From NCBI GenBank assembly GCA_965248575.1, contig CBDFJQ010000002.1:2432001-2496000 (forward strand): a stretch of DNA of 64,000 bases, written 5' to 3'. Made by a program: the position numbers and the translations under genes. The notes beneath the pieces are model-generated. The model saw only the letters and a list, made by a program, of their open reading frames with translations. It had not been told where the DNA came from and made no database searches. The DNA comes from Planctomycetota bacterium. GTDB lineage: Bacteria > Planctomycetota > B15-G4. Shown piece by piece: positions 1 through 11,700 of this stretch; position 1 is the first letter of the stretch, and each line of letters begins with the position of its first letter.

Positions 1-537
1 TGCCTCGTCGCGCGTCGCCAGGGCGGAATCGCGCATGGACACTGAGGTGTCGCCGGTGACAAGCAGGGCATCGTGGCGGGCGAACTCCGTTTCCGCCAGG
101 GCCAACGTGGCTTTCGCCCGCTCGATCTCCGCGTTCACCTCGGCCAGCGTGGCCTCCAACTCGCGGGTGTCCAGGCGCGCCACCAGCTCGCCGGCGTCGA
201 CCCGATCCCCCTCTTCCACGCGCAGTTCGACGATGCGGCCCTGGATGTCGGTGGAGAGGGCAGCCTGCCGGCGTGCCACCACGTAGCCGTTGGCGCTGGT
301 GCCCTCGGCACTGGCCACTCCGCCCGAAACGCGCACCCGGCCGACGGAGACAGCAGGGCGCTTGTCCATGCCCGCGATCCAACCTCCGCGCCAGGCTTCC
401 CAGCCGGCGAACAGAAGCAGCAAGACGAGGCACATCCACCAACCACCGCGCCCCGACGAGGCCGACGATCGTTCGCCGCTCCCGGAGCGGTCGATGGAAA
501 GTCTTGCGAGATCGGGGCGGGATTGGGGCTCGGACAT
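1..537 (-). CDS. Efflux RND/ABC periplasmic adaptor subunit (HlyD/MFP family), 3' end runs off the window
   Basis: Not in the ORF track. Manual translation from ATG 537: MSEPQSRPDLARLSIDR, a TM segment, then SANGYVVARRQAALSTDIQGRIVELRVEEGDRVDAGELVARLD (lipoyl-like hybrid motif) and a helical hairpin. Confidence 0.85.
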   Translation of the reverse strand, partial: MSEPQSRPDLARLSIDRSGSGERSSASSGRGGWWMCLVLLLLFAGWEAWRGGWIAGMDKRPAVSVGRVRVSGGVASAEGTSANGYVVARRQAALSTDIQGRIVELRVEEGDRVDAGELVARLDTRELEATLAEVNAEIERAKATLALAETEFARHDALLVTGDTSVSMRDSALATRDEA

Positions 538-585
538 GGGCCCGGGATTGTACGGGAGCTTCCCCCCCGAGCGCTCAGGTTCTGG

Positions 586-2523
586 TCAAAGGATGTCGAG
601 CACCTCATCCATGGACTGGAGCTTGGCGCAGTAGTTGTTGTGCGCGCTGATGGCTGCGTTCCAGGGCAGCTCGTTCTTCTCACCGATGATGCCCAAGGCG
701 ACACAGGCGAAAGCCCGGGTGAGCTTCTGCTGCCGTTCATCGTTTGCAACCTGCTTCAGAGCTTCGATGGAGCCCTTGTCCCCGATCAAGCCCAAGGCCT
801 TGGCGACCGCCGAACTCACACCGAGGGTCTTGGCTGTTTCGAGCGAGTCAATCAAGGTGCTCACGGCCCTCGTGTCGCTCATCAGGCCCAAACCTGTGGA
901 GGCTTGCAGCCGCAGGGAGGGCTGGGTGGTCTTGTCCTGGCAAATGCCCCGCAGTGCATCGCTCGCCTCAGCGTGGTTCATGAAACCCAAGGCGACACTC
1001 GCATAGCCGCGGAAGTCCGGCTCCTTGCGCCGGTTGAAGTCCTCGAAGATCTGCTCTCCAAAGGAAGCGTCGTTCAGGAGGCCCAAGGCCACGGCGAAGG
1101 CGCTCTTGAAGGACAGGTTGCTCTCCTTCAGATAGGCCGCCTCGATGCGGGCGATGAAGTGGCCCTGGATGTCGTCGTGGGCACGGCTGTAGAGCGCTGC
1201 GGCAATCGCCGCCCAGGAGCGATGCCCCCGGCTCCTGCCGTGCCCCTGGATCTCACGGCACAGGAGCATCGTGAGATCGGCGTGCGCTTGGGGATGGAAG
1301 TCCATGGATCCATCCCGGGCACCAATCTGCGCCAAGGAGATCAGAGCGAAGTGCCGGGTCTGTTGGTCACGGCCCTCCTTGACGTAGTCCGTCAAAGTCT
1401 CGAGCACACTCTCGTCTCCCATGGACGCCAGCTGGCCCAAGCCGACTGCCACAGAGGCGCGGATCAAGTTGTCGGTGTCCCGGTCGCTGAAGAGCGCCAG
1501 CAGGGGTTGCACGGCGGCAGGGTCCCCGAGCTTGCCCAAGGAGGTCGGGATGTAGCTGGCGATGAGCGGGTCCATGTTCCGCTCATCGAGCAGGCCCATC
1601 AGGAAGCGGACAACCTCTGGCTTCAGGTCGCCCTCCACGAGGCCCAGCCCCACCAGGGCGCAGACCTTGATGTCGCGGTCGCTGTCGGGGAGCTGCTCCA
1701 CCACGTGCATGAGTGGGCACACGGAGTTCGCATCCCCGATCATTCCCAGGGACAGGGCGGAGAATGCGCGCACCAGCCAATGCACCTTTCCGCCGCTCAA
1801 CTTCCGGCCCTCGGAGTCATCGCGCATGAGACTGAGCAAGGCCGGCACGGCTTTCGGCGAACCCAGCACGCCCAGGCTCAGTGCGGTGGACGACTGCACT
1901 GAAAGTTCGGAGTGCGCCAGCAAGGGCATGGCCACATCCACAACCGCGTCCGCGCTGCCCGCATCCGAGGTTCGCGCCAGGGCGAGCACTGCTGAGTCGA
2001 GCACGTCGCGATCCTGCGACTGGTGCACCAACTCCAGGAGGGCGGGGATCACGTCCGACTCGACCATGAATCGGTCAGGGCGACGCGACCAGCAGCCTCG
2101 CAATGCGTGCTTGCCCTTCCCCGTCATGGCCCCGATGCTTCCCGACACCGTGGTCTGTGCGCTCAGCCGGGACTTCAGGTTGAGGAAACGGTCCTTGTTG
2201 TTCTCCCACCAGTACTCCCAGACCTCGAAACCCTGGCCCAGGGAGCGCTCTCCGACGCGGGTGGTCGGACTGCGTCGTCCGCTCTCGCCACGCACCGGCC
2301 GCCCCCCTCCAGTGCCTGAACCCGGCCCTGGGCCGCTCGCCGAACTGGGTGCACCGGGTCCGCGGGCTGCTGCACCTTTTGGATTCGTCGGCGGTCCCAC
2401 CGAGCCGCCGCTGCTGAAGTTTCCGCCGCCTGAATCGCTTGGTGCCTTGATCTGGCCGCCATGGCCGAAGCCCGCAGGCGAGAGAAGTGTCAACACAAGC
2501 ACGATGGTGAGCGCGGATCGCAT
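586..2523 (-). CDS. Secreted HEAT/PBS-lyase repeat protein (645 aa)
   Basis: Signal peptide, Gly/Pro-rich linker, then many A-x-x-A/S-L-G-x-L/I-G repeats. Confidence 0.85.
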   Translation of the reverse strand: MRSALTIVLVLTLLSPAGFGHGGQIKAPSDSGGGNFSSGGSVGPPTNPKGAAARGPGAPSSASGPGPGSGTGGGRPVRGESGRRSPTTRVGERSLGQGFEVWEYWWENNKDRFLNLKSRLSAQTTVSGSIGAMTGKGKHALRGCWSRRPDRFMVESDVIPALLELVHQSQDRDVLDSAVLALARTSDAGSADAVVDVAMPLLAHSELSVQSSTALSLGVLGSPKAVPALLSLMRDDSEGRKLSGGKVHWLVRAFSALSLGMIGDANSVCPLMHVVEQLPDSDRDIKVCALVGLGLVEGDLKPEVVRFLMGLLDERNMDPLIASYIPTSLGKLGDPAAVQPLLALFSDRDTDNLIRASVAVGLGQLASMGDESVLETLTDYVKEGRDQQTRHFALISLAQIGARDGSMDFHPQAHADLTMLLCREIQGHGRSRGHRSWAAIAAALYSRAHDDIQGHFIARIEAAYLKESNLSFKSAFAVALGLLNDASFGEQIFEDFNRRKEPDFRGYASVALGFMNHAEASDALRGICQDKTTQPSLRLQASTGLGLMSDTRAVSTLIDSLETAKTLGVSSAVAKALGLIGDKGSIEALKQVANDERQQKLTRAFACVALGIIGEKNELPWNAAISAHNNYCAKLQSMDEVLDIL

Positions 2524-2786
2524 GATGGTTCCCCAAATGGTGCAAGACGAAAACGGGACTCAAGACGGTCGTTGCACCTGTGTGTGCAACGCATGTCCCG
2601 GCCACCTAGACGCTGTTGCCAAGCGAAGCGGGCGCGTGCTGCAGTGACCGCTGAGCGCGTGACACGCGCACGACCAAGCCCACGACGACCCGTGGCCCGC
2701 CCGCCTGGGCACGACCTGGGACCATCGAGCCACGAGGGTGCCGGCGAGCCGGCGAAGTCTTTTTGAAGGACTTCTTGCGCAACTCC

Positions 2787-2804
2787 CTACCTAGTAGTAG
2801 ATAT
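2787..2804. promoter_or_regulatory. Putative TetR autoregulatory operator (CTACCTA-gtag-TAGATAT)
   Basis: Imperfect copy of the palindrome at 3420-3437, abutting the TetR start codon. Confidence 0.6.
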
Positions 2805-3377
2805 ATGTCCATGAGCACCAAAGCAACAGCGACCCAGCTGCTCGATGTCGCACAGCACATGGTCCAGGAGCGGGGCTTCAACGCCTTCAGCTACAAGGAC
2901 CTCAGCGAAGCGGTCGGCATCCGCACGGCCAGCATCCATTACCACTACAAGGGCAAGGCCGAGCTTGGCAAAGCGCTCATGGATCGTTACCGCGCGCGCC
3001 TCGACGCCCAGCTCACGACCCTCGATGCCGGCTCACGCACGGCCAAGGCTCGTCTTCGCGGCCTGATCCAGATGTACCGGGACACGGAGGCAACGGGGCT
3101 TGCCTGCCTATGCGGCTCCTTTGCCACGGACATCGAGACCCTGCCCGAGGAGCTTGCCGAGCACGTCCGGGGCTACCTTCAACGCACCCAGTCCTGGGTC
3201 GAATCGACTCTCAAGGAGGGTGTTGCCTCGGGAGAGTTCGAGCCGATCGCGAAGGCCAGCGACCTCGCAGCCAGCCTGCTGGCGAGCTTGCAAGGCGGCT
3301 TGTTCCTGAGCCGGGCCACCGGCCAGTCACGGCTTGACGCCGTCCAGCGCAGCTTCTTCAAGGCCTTGGGCAGCTGA
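2805..3377 (+). CDS. TetR/AcrR family transcriptional regulator (NemR/LmrA-like)
   Basis: HTH GFNAFSYKDLSEAVGIRTASIHYHY and C-terminal ACLCG; start is ATG 2805 or 2811. Confidence 0.92.
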   Translation: MSMSTKATATQLLDVAQHMVQERGFNAFSYKDLSEAVGIRTASIHYHYKGKAELGKALMDRYRARLDAQLTTLDAGSRTAKARLRGLIQMYRDTEATGLACLCGSFATDIETLPEELAEHVRGYLQRTQSWVESTLKEGVASGEFEPIAKASDLAASLLASLQGGLFLSRATGQSRLDAVQRSFFKALGS

Positions 3378-3419
3378 TTCAAACCACGGCACAGCTCGCA
3401 TTTTCTTCATCCATTTAAA

Positions 3420-3437
3420 CTACCTACGCATAGGTAG
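3420..3437. promoter_or_regulatory. Putative TetR operator, palindrome CTACCTA-cgca-TAGGTAG
   Basis: Perfect 7-bp arms in the AT-rich gap upstream of the SDR gene. Confidence 0.7.
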
Positions 3438-3470
3438 GTCTACTTCAAGAAACCACACGGAGAAATTCTC

Positions 3471-4238
3471 ATGAGCACGGAAATCCAGAACGTCGCATTG
3501 ATCATCGGTGGCTCCACAGGCATCGGGCGGGCCACGGCAGAACGTCTGCTGAAGCGGGGTGATTCTGTTCATCTCGTGGCTCGCAACCCAGGCCGTCTGG
3601 CCGCGGCGGCCGAGACCTTGAGCCCACTCGGCAGCGTCAGGACCAGCGCCGTGGACCTCGCCAACCCCTCGGATGTCGAGCAGTTCATCCAAGAACTCGA
3701 GGCCGAAGACACGCCGATCCAGTCACTCGTCAACGCGGCCGGCAGCTTCTCCCCCAAGCCCTTCCTCGAGCATGGGCGCAAGGACTATGACACCTACGCG
3801 GACATCAATCGTTCCACCTTCTTCATCACCCAAGCGGTCGCCCGCAACATGAAGGCACACGGGGGAGGAGCCATCGTCAACATCGGTTCCATGTGGGCAA
3901 AGCAGGCGGTGAAAGCCACGCCCTCCTCGGCGTACTCAATGGCCAAGGCCGCACTGCACTCCATGACGCAACACCTCGCGATGGAGCTCGCCGATGACGG
4001 AATCCGGGTCAACGCCGTGTCGCCAGCGGTCGTTGTCACACCCATCTATGGCGCCTTCCTGGACCCCGAGAACATCGAGCAGGAGCTGCAGGCCTTCAAC
4101 GGCTTCCACCCCCTGGGGCGCATCGGCCAGCCACGGGATGTGGCCGCAAGCGTTTCCTTTCTGCTCTCCAAGGACGCGAGCTGGGTGACGGGTGCGGTGT
4201 GGGATGTCGACGGAGGAGTCATGGCTGGCCGCAACTGA
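3471..4238 (+). CDS. Short-chain dehydrogenase/reductase
   Basis: GGSTGIG, VNAAG, YSMAK catalytic motif, [13 protein letters not shown]-like GGAG upstream. Confidence 0.95.
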   Translation: MSTEIQNVALIIGGSTGIGRATAERLLKRGDSVHLVARNPGRLAAAAETLSPLGSVRTSAVDLANPSDVEQFIQELEAEDTPIQSLVNAAGSFSPKPFLEHGRKDYDTYADINRSTFFITQAVARNMKAHGGGAIVNIGSMWAKQAVKATPSSAYSMAKAALHSMTQHLAMELADDGIRVNAVSPAVVVTPIYGAFLDPENIEQELQAFNGFHPLGRIGQPRDVAASVSFLLSKDASWVTGAVWDVDGGVMAGRN

Positions 4239-4443
4239 CCAGGGCACCCATCGCCGCTGGTGCACCATCAGGTTGCCTGAAACCGTGCCATGTCGTGGTT
4301 CGCATCAGGGGCTGAGGGAACCGACCGCTCTGGATGAATCGCGCTCGTTTTGCTCAAGTAGGCGGCCCGCTCCCTGCGCTGCGAAGGGCAGTGCTCGCGG
4401 GTTGACCAAGCCCTCCCCTGGCCCTGCACAGCCCCGCGAGCCC

Positions 4444-5097
4444 ATGAGCCCCAAGCGCACTCCCAGTATCCAAACGCTGCCCTGCGATTGGGCGCCGTCC
4501 AAGCAGCCCAGCGACAAACTGCTCGTTGTTCTGCATGGCCGCGGCGATACGTCAGAGGGCTTTCATTGGATGCCGGAAGCCCTGGGATTCGACTCGCTCA
4601 ACTACCTGCTCGTGAACGCCCCCGACGAATACTTCGGTGGGCTCAGCTGGTATGCCCTGCCACCAGACCAGGAGCCGGGGGTCTTGCGCTCCCGAGGCCT
4701 GCTCGACACCTTGTTCGAGGAGTTGATCGAACAGGGCTATGAACCTGCCAACATCGGCTTGCTCGGCTTCTCCCAAGGTTGCCTCATGACTCTCGAATGG
4801 GGCGCCCGCTCGGCGCATGCCCTCGCAGCCTACGTCGGCATCTCAGGCTACTGCCTCGACCCGGCGACGCTGCTCAGAGAGCGCCACCCCGACCGCTCCA
4901 CCGCCCCCTGGCTCATCACCCACGGCCGCCAGGACGAGGCCCTGCCTTACGAGACGACGCGCCAACAGATGGAGACCCTGGCCAGCGGAGGATTTCCGCT
5001 GCGCTTCGAGACCTATGACAAGGGTCACACCATCGACCCGCGCGATGAACTGCCCGTGTTGCGGGAGTTCCTCGCGGAGCGGCTTGGGCTCGCCTGA
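4444..5097 (+). CDS. Phospholipase/carboxylesterase (alpha/beta hydrolase)
   Basis: LHGRGD, GFSQG nucleophile elbow, HGRQD, GHTI; start set at ATG 4444. Confidence 0.9.
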   Translation: MSPKRTPSIQTLPCDWAPSKQPSDKLLVVLHGRGDTSEGFHWMPEALGFDSLNYLLVNAPDEYFGGLSWYALPPDQEPGVLRSRGLLDTLFEELIEQGYEPANIGLLGFSQGCLMTLEWGARSAHALAAYVGISGYCLDPATLLRERHPDRSTAPWLITHGRQDEALPYETTRQQMETLASGGFPLRFETYDKGHTIDPRDELPVLREFLAERLGLA

Positions 5098-5152
5098 GGA
5101 CCGGCTCGCCCCCGGGCAGCCAGCAACCTTCGTCAGCTGTCACGCCCTCGCA

Positions 5153-6613
5153 TCAGCACTCGGGGATCCGCACGGAGATGTTCGCTGCCAGGCCGCCGGC
5201 GCTGGTCTCCTTGTATTGTTCGCGCATGTTCTGGGCCGTCTCCCACATGGTGGCGATGACCTCGTCCAGGGAGACGCGCGCGCTGGCCGGGTCCGTCTCC
5301 GTCGCCAGCTCCGCAGCATTGATGGCCTTCACCGCCCCCATGGCGTTGCGTTCGATACACGGCACCTGCACCAAGCCCCCCACAGGGTCGCAGGTCATGC
5401 CGAGGTGGTGCTCCATGGCGATCTCCGCTGCCATGAGTATCTGACCCACCGAGGCGCCCCGGACGGAGGCCAAGGCGCCGGCTGCCATGGCAGAAGACAC
5501 ACCGATCTCTGCCTGACACCCTCCCATGGCCGCGGAGATGGTGGCGCCCTTCTTGAACAAGGTGCCCAACTCACCGGCGACCAAGAGGAAGTCGAGCACT
5601 TCCCGCTCCTCCACGTCGTGGTCGGCAAAGCAGATGTGGTGCATGAGGACGGCTGGAATGACACCCGCTGCTCCATTGGTCGGCGCCGTCACGACACGCC
5701 CCAAGCAGGCGTTCTCCTCATTGACCGCCAGCGCAAAGCAACTCGTCCACTTCATCACCTCACGGAAGCTGCGGGAGGAGGAGCGCACGGCCTTCATCCA
5801 CTCGTGGACATTGGTCTCTGGCTGATCACCCAGCATGCGCCGTGAGATCCCTGCGGCACGCCTCACGACCCCCAAGCCCCCAGGCAGGGTGCCCTCGGTA
5901 TGGCAGCCGCGATAGATGCTGTCGCGCATGACATGCCAGAGAGCCAAGAGCTCGCTTCGCAGGGTCTCTTCATCGCGCCAGACCAACTCGTTGGTGCGCA
6001 CCAGGTCGAGCAAGCTCATTCCAAGCTCGGTGCACTTGGCAAGCAGATCCTCCGCACACTGGCAGGGGTAGGGGCAGGGCGCGCGTTGAAGCGCCGCGCT
6101 GGACGACTCGCCCTCGCGCAGCACGAAACCGCCGCCGATGGAATACCAGATGGTCGTCCCTGCTGGCTCTTCCAGTGCCTCGCCCGGCCACCAACTGAAA
6201 CGCATGCCGTTCGCATGCTCCGGCAGTCGCTCATCGACGTGGAAGACAATGTCCACGTCGGGGTCGAAGGGCAGCGACCGGCGGGCACCATGAAGCGTGA
6301 GCACCTTCACATCACGCAACTCCTGGAGCATGGCGCTGATGCGATCGATGGGCACAGTCTCCGGGTCGTGACCAAGCAACGCAAGGCTCACAGCCATGTC
6401 CGTCGCATGCCCCTTGCCGGTTTGCGCCAAGGAACCGTAGAGCTCGACACGCACGCCACCGACAGCTTCGAGCCCCGGCGATTGCTCCAACTCGAGCAAC
6501 CAGCGTTGGATGGCGCGCCAAGGACCCAGCGTGTGGGAACTGGACGGACCCACGCCGACCTTGAGCATGTCGAACACGCTGATCGCCTCGTCCTGCTGCA
6601 GAGATGAGGTCAT
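5153..6613 (-). CDS. sdaA: L-serine ammonia-lyase (Fe-S, single chain)
   Basis: GVGPSSSHTLGP, GSLAQTGKGHATD, TAPTNGAAG, GGCQAEIG, HHLGMTCDPVGGLVQVPCIERN; start set at ATG 6613. Confidence 0.95.
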   Translation of the reverse strand: MTSSLQQDEAISVFDMLKVGVGPSSSHTLGPWRAIQRWLLELEQSPGLEAVGGVRVELYGSLAQTGKGHATDMAVSLALLGHDPETVPIDRISAMLQELRDVKVLTLHGARRSLPFDPDVDIVFHVDERLPEHANGMRFSWWPGEALEEPAGTTIWYSIGGGFVLREGESSSAALQRAPCPYPCQCAEDLLAKCTELGMSLLDLVRTNELVWRDEETLRSELLALWHVMRDSIYRGCHTEGTLPGGLGVVRRAAGISRRMLGDQPETNVHEWMKAVRSSSRSFREVMKWTSCFALAVNEENACLGRVVTAPTNGAAGVIPAVLMHHICFADHDVEEREVLDFLLVAGELGTLFKKGATISAAMGGCQAEIGVSSAMAAGALASVRGASVGQILMAAEIAMEHHLGMTCDPVGGLVQVPCIERNAMGAVKAINAAELATETDPASARVSLDEVIATMWETAQNMREQYKETSAGGLAANISVRIPEC

Positions 6614-6746
6614 GCTCGAAAGCCCTTCGCGGCGGCGCCCAACACGAGAACAGCCCCACCCCCGGATACGGGAGCGGGGCTGTCCAACGGCCATGCCTCA
6701 GAGCGACGAGGCCGTCAACGGCGGGCGGCTCTCGCCACCCGATTCA

Positions 6747-7094
6747 TCACTTCACGTCACCTGCAACGCGAGCGTTGATGGGCGTGATGATGAAAGAGAA
6801 GGGCGGGAAGATCCACCAGTAGTTGCTCGTGGCGCTGCCGGAGATGCGCGAGGCCGTGCGGCCGTCGGCCTTCGCGGCGGCGGTGAACTCGTTCACGGCG
6901 TTCTCGAAGGACGCGTCCTCGACAATCGGATCACCAGCACCGAAGACCCAGTGCAGGGCCCAGATGCTCGTCTCCTGATGGGCGAAGGTGTCGCCATCGT
7001 TGTCCATCAGGCCGTTCACGTTGGAACCGACGTTGGTGGACACGCAACCGATGCACATCGACAAAACGAGCAGCAAGCAGAGGTTCTTGACCAT
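6747..7094 (-). CDS. Small putative lipoprotein
   Basis: Hydrophobic N-terminus with lipobox-like CIGC, 115 aa. Confidence 0.7.
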   Translation of the reverse strand: MVKNLCLLLVLSMCIGCVSTNVGSNVNGLMDNDGDTFAHQETSIWALHWVFGAGDPIVEDASFENAVNEFTAAAKADGRTASRISGSATSNYWWIFPPFSFIITPINARVAGDVK

Positions 7095-7436
7095 GGTTTG
7101 AACTCCAGAGACCGGATTTGGGGTGGCAAACGGGGCGTCGTGCCCAGCCGCGAGCCGCAGACACTAGCTCTTCCGACAAGATGGACCAAATGTTGTCGGG
7201 AAGAGGCTTTCAGTGGTGAAATCGTAGCCTTCAATGACAGGCCGCGTCCTGCAGAAAGCACGCTGTACCAACCACCCACAAGCTGTGGCGCGCTGAAACC
7301 GCGCCGCCCTGGACCACGTCGAGGCTGTACCCTGGTTCCCGTCAACAGACGTTTCGGAAGGGCCCGGGTCGCCTCCTGGCTGGCCTGGCTCACGAGAGTG
7401 GTGCCCACGCGCCCCACCGACTAGGGAGAACCCAAC

Positions 7437-8684
7437 ATGCTGGCGACATCAGCCAAGCTCACGATGCTGAGCCACCGCGCCTTCTACCTGCTTTTGGCCC
7501 TCGTGCTGCAACCCTGCGTTGGGCCCTGCGAACAGTGGAACGCCCTCGACATCCAGTCCAAGGGCGAGATCACTCGCGCACCCTTCCAATCCAACCTACA
7601 GGACATGAATTGGTTCGTGGGCGCGTTCAAGCCGCGCGACCTCGTGACCAACGAAAAGCTCCCCGCGACGAAGGGCGACAAGCGGCTGGGGTTCAAAGGC
7701 AAGGGCAAGGGCCTCAACAACTTCGCCATCCTGGGTGGCATCTGCGGGCAAGGCGCCTTCTCGCTCGGCAGCACCATCTCCTTGGCCTCCTCGAAGGGCC
7801 TCCGGGATGGGCAGACCAGCAGTTGGGTCTACGCCGACTACATCGACGGGCTCACCACCACCACGCACCAAGTGAGCCTGCAATACCATGCCGCGCTTGC
7901 AGACGTGGTCGGCACGTCGCCCGGCTGGATCGCACGCGCCTTCATCAACGGCGTGAACATGGGCGAGATCGAGTACCCAGGTGAGTCCTCCATCGATGCA
8001 CGCATCGTGCAGTACCCCGACCGCACCGAGTTCCTCACGCGGCCGACACCCGTCAACCCCTACGGTGGCGGCGCCGAGGGCGCCTTCGACCTGATCTTCA
8101 TGAACCTCCACGCCCCGCCCGACAAGTTCCAGGTCGGACTGGGCGCCTTCGGCCTGGACAAGGGTGGCAAGGTCTTCACCGACATGCTTTGGCTGCTTGG
8201 CCCGGACCTGGGCCCTGTCCCAGGCTCCAACGAAGTCTTCGCGTTCAATCAGTTCGGAAACATCGGCTACTGCCTCAAAGATGCGAAGTCCCAGATCTCC
8301 AGCCCGAGCCCGAGCCTGATCAATGTTCAAGGGGCGCTTTCGCAAGTCAGCAATGCGTTGAACTCGGCCATCAGCACGATGTTCACCCTCAAGGACGGCG
8401 TGAAGAACAACCTCTACACGGAGGCTGCTGCAGCCAAGATCGCAGCCAAGATCGGCAAGCAGACCTACAAGAAGCTGCACTCCATCCAGAACAAGCTGCA
8501 GAACATGCTCGACAAGGGGAAGGTCAATCTGGGCGCCATCAAGAGTGTTTGCAACAACCTCGAGAGCCTCATCGACCGCTCGGCCGTGGGCCAGGCCAAC
8601 ATGCTCGGCGTGAGGGCCAAGAACATCAAGCAGCTCGGCACCGGCTACCCCATCGACCCGGCCGACGTGCCGGACCTGCTCTGA
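7437..8684 (+). CDS. Hypothetical secreted protein with Lys-rich helical C-terminus
   Basis: 415-aa ORF with coding-like codon usage, signal-like N-terminus, GGAG upstream. Confidence 0.75.
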   Translation: MLATSAKLTMLSHRAFYLLLALVLQPCVGPCEQWNALDIQSKGEITRAPFQSNLQDMNWFVGAFKPRDLVTNEKLPATKGDKRLGFKGKGKGLNNFAILGGICGQGAFSLGSTISLASSKGLRDGQTSSWVYADYIDGLTTTTHQVSLQYHAALADVVGTSPGWIARAFINGVNMGEIEYPGESSIDARIVQYPDRTEFLTRPTPVNPYGGGAEGAFDLIFMNLHAPPDKFQVGLGAFGLDKGGKVFTDMLWLLGPDLGPVPGSNEVFAFNQFGNIGYCLKDAKSQISSPSPSLINVQGALSQVSNALNSAISTMFTLKDGVKNNLYTEAAAAKIAAKIGKQTYKKLHSIQNKLQNMLDKGKVNLGAIKSVCNNLESLIDRSAVGQANMLGVRAKNIKQLGTGYPIDPADVPDLL

Positions 8685-8706
8685 ACGCCGCCCTGGAACG
8701 GCCGCT

Positions 8707-11700
8707 CTAGCTCGCCCGACGCACGCGGCGCTCCTCGACCCAGGACGCCAGCACCGGTACCAGGAACATCGTCAGCAGGGCCAGGAGCATCCCGCCGAAG
8801 GACGGGATGGCCATGGGGATCATCACGTCGGAACCCCGGCCGCTCGACGTGAGCACCGGCAACAGGGCCAGGAGGGTCGTCGCGGTCGTCATGAGGCACG
8901 GGCGCACCCTGCGTGCGCCTGCTTCGACGATGGCCGTGCGTACCTGCTCGACCGTGCCAGGTTGGTTGCGCTTGAGGGACTGACGGATGTAGGTGCCGAT
9001 GACGACGCCGTCGTCGGTGGCGATGCCGAACAAGGCCAGGAAGCCCACCCACACGGCGACACTCAGCTGCATCGGTGAGACCTGGAACAGGTCCCGCAGG
9101 TCCACACCGAAGGGCACGGCGTCGAGAAACCAGTCCTGCCCGTAGAGCCACACCAGCAGGAAGCCCCCCGCCCAGGCGACGAACACTCCGCTGAACACCA
9201 TCAAGCTCATGGAGATGGTGCGGAACTGCAGGTAGAGGATCAGGAAGATCAGCAGCAGGGCGAGTGGCAGCACGAACGAAAGCGTGGCCGCCGCGCGCAC
9301 CTGGTTTTCGTAGCTACCGGCGAAGGCGTAGGAGACACCGGCCGGGAGGATCCACTCGCCGCGATCGAGCAGCCCTTGCAGGTGCTCGCGAGCGGCTTCG
9401 ACCACGTCCACTTCGGCCGCGCCGGGCTGCTTGTCGAAGATGACGTAGGACGTGAGGAAGGTGTCCTCCGTCTTGATGGCCTGGGGCCCACGCCCGTACT
9501 CGATGGTTGCCAACTGTGACAAGGACACCGTGGCACCCGAAGGCGTGGACACAAGCACCTCGCCCATGGCTTCGATGGAGTCGCGACGCTCACGCTGGTA
9601 ACGGACGCGCACGGGATAGCGCTCCCGGCCCTCGATGGTGGTGGTGACCTGGCGTCCGCCCAGGGCCACCTCGATCACATCCTGCACGTGGGACATGCTC
9701 ACGCCGTAGCGCCCCGCCGCCGCACGGTCCACGTCGATCTCGATGTACGGCTTGCCCACGACCCGGTCGGCCAGGATCGTGGCCGGGTTCAGGCTGGGCA
9801 CCTCCTTGAGGAAGGCCTCAATCTCGATGCCCACCTCCTCGATGGTCTCGAGATCCGGGCCGCGCACCTTGACCCCCATGGGCGCACGCATCCCGCTCTG
9901 CAACATGACGAGTCGCGCGGCGATGGGTTGCAGGCGAGGGGCAGAGGTCGTCCCCAGCAAGTGCGTCGCCTCGACGATGGCGTCCCACACATCATCGGCA
10001 TCGCGAATCTCCGGCCGCCAATTCCGGTAGGGCCGACCGTCCTCATCGAAGATGGGTTGGCCGGCTTCGCCCCGGGCAAACTCCCCCGCCTGCTCATCCC
10101 AGCGATAGGTGCCGCGCTGACCGTCTTCGCCCAGGCGCCACTCGGGCTGCATCTGGACCACCGTCTCCACCATGGAGATGGGCGCCGGATCGAGCGGACT
10201 CTCGGCGCGGCCGATCTTGCCCACGGCGAGCGCGACCTCGGGCACGCTTTCGATCGCCTTGTCCAAGGTCGACAGCACATCCAACGCCTCGCCGATGGAG
10301 GCGTGCGGCATGGTCGTCGGCATGAACAGCCAACTGCCCTCGTCCAAGGGCGGCATGAACTCCTTGCCCAGCCCTGGCATGGCCTCCGTCGCACCCACCC
10401 AGAAGTCCGTTTGTCGGAGGACATCCCCCTCCAGGCCCGAGGCATCCATGAGGTCGGGCAGCGGACGAAACAACTTGTCGAACCCCAACCACGCGCTCGC
10501 GCCGGCCAACAGAACCACGAACGGAATGCTCAAGAAGGTCAGCTTGTTGGCGAGGCACCAACGCAAGATGGGTTCGTAGGAGCGTCGGAACAGCGCGAAC
10601 ATCAAAAGCAAGCCGCCGCTGGTGACGACAACGAAAGCGAGGTTGGAGAGCGACGCCGCCCCCACGCCGAGCGGCTCCCAGTAGCGCGCCAGCGTCCAGG
10701 CCACACCTGCCACGGCCAGGAAGCACACGAGGCGCCGCAGCGCTGACGGACGCGTGCTTTGAGGCCCAACACGTCGACCACTCGAAGGCTGGCGCCGCGC
10801 CCCCGAAAAGAACGTCAGGGCCAGGGGTGGAATCAGCAGGATCGAGACCAGGACCGAGCCGATCAGCGCATACGTCTTGGTCCAGGCCAGGGGCCCGAAC
10901 AACTTCCCCTCGGCGCCATCCATCGTGAAAACCGGTAGGAAGCCCACAATGGTCGTCGCCACCGCCGTCAACACGGCCGAGCCCACCTCGGTCGCGGCCC
11001 GATGGATGGTCTCCAGCCTCGGCGCATCCGGCTCCCGTTCGATGGAGGCCAGGATGTTCTCCGTGAGCACGATGCCGATGTCGACCATGGTGCCGATGGC
11101 AATGGCGATGCCCGAGAGGGCGACGATGTTTGCTTCCACGCCCATCAACTTCATGCACACGAAGCAAAACAGAACCGCCAGTGGAAGCAGGCAGGCGATG
11201 AGCAGCGTCGCGCGCAGGCGCATCACCATCACGAGCACCACCAGGAGCGTCACCAGGAGCTCCTCGCTGATGGCCGTCCCCAGGGTGCCGAGCGTCTCCT
11301 CGATGAGCCCCGTGCGATCGTAGAAGGGAACGATGGTGACCTGGGAGACACGCCCGTCGTCGAGCTCCCGGCGAGGAAGGCCTGGAGCGATCTCCGCGAT
11401 CTTCTCCTTCAGCGACTGGATGGCCTGCAGCGGGTTGCTGCCGTAGCGCACCACGACCACGCCACCCACCGCCTGCTCGCCACCCTTGTCCAGGGCCCCG
11501 CGGCGCATGGCGGGCCCGAAACTCACGTGAGCCACTTTTCCGATGCGCACCGGCGCGCCATCGCTGGCGTTGATGACGGAGTTCTCGAGGTCGGCCACGT
11601 TCTCGATCCAGCCGATGCCCCGCACGAGATACTCAACGCGGTTGATCTCCACGACCCGCGCACCCACCTCGCGATTGCTGCCCCGAACCGCCTGGACGAT

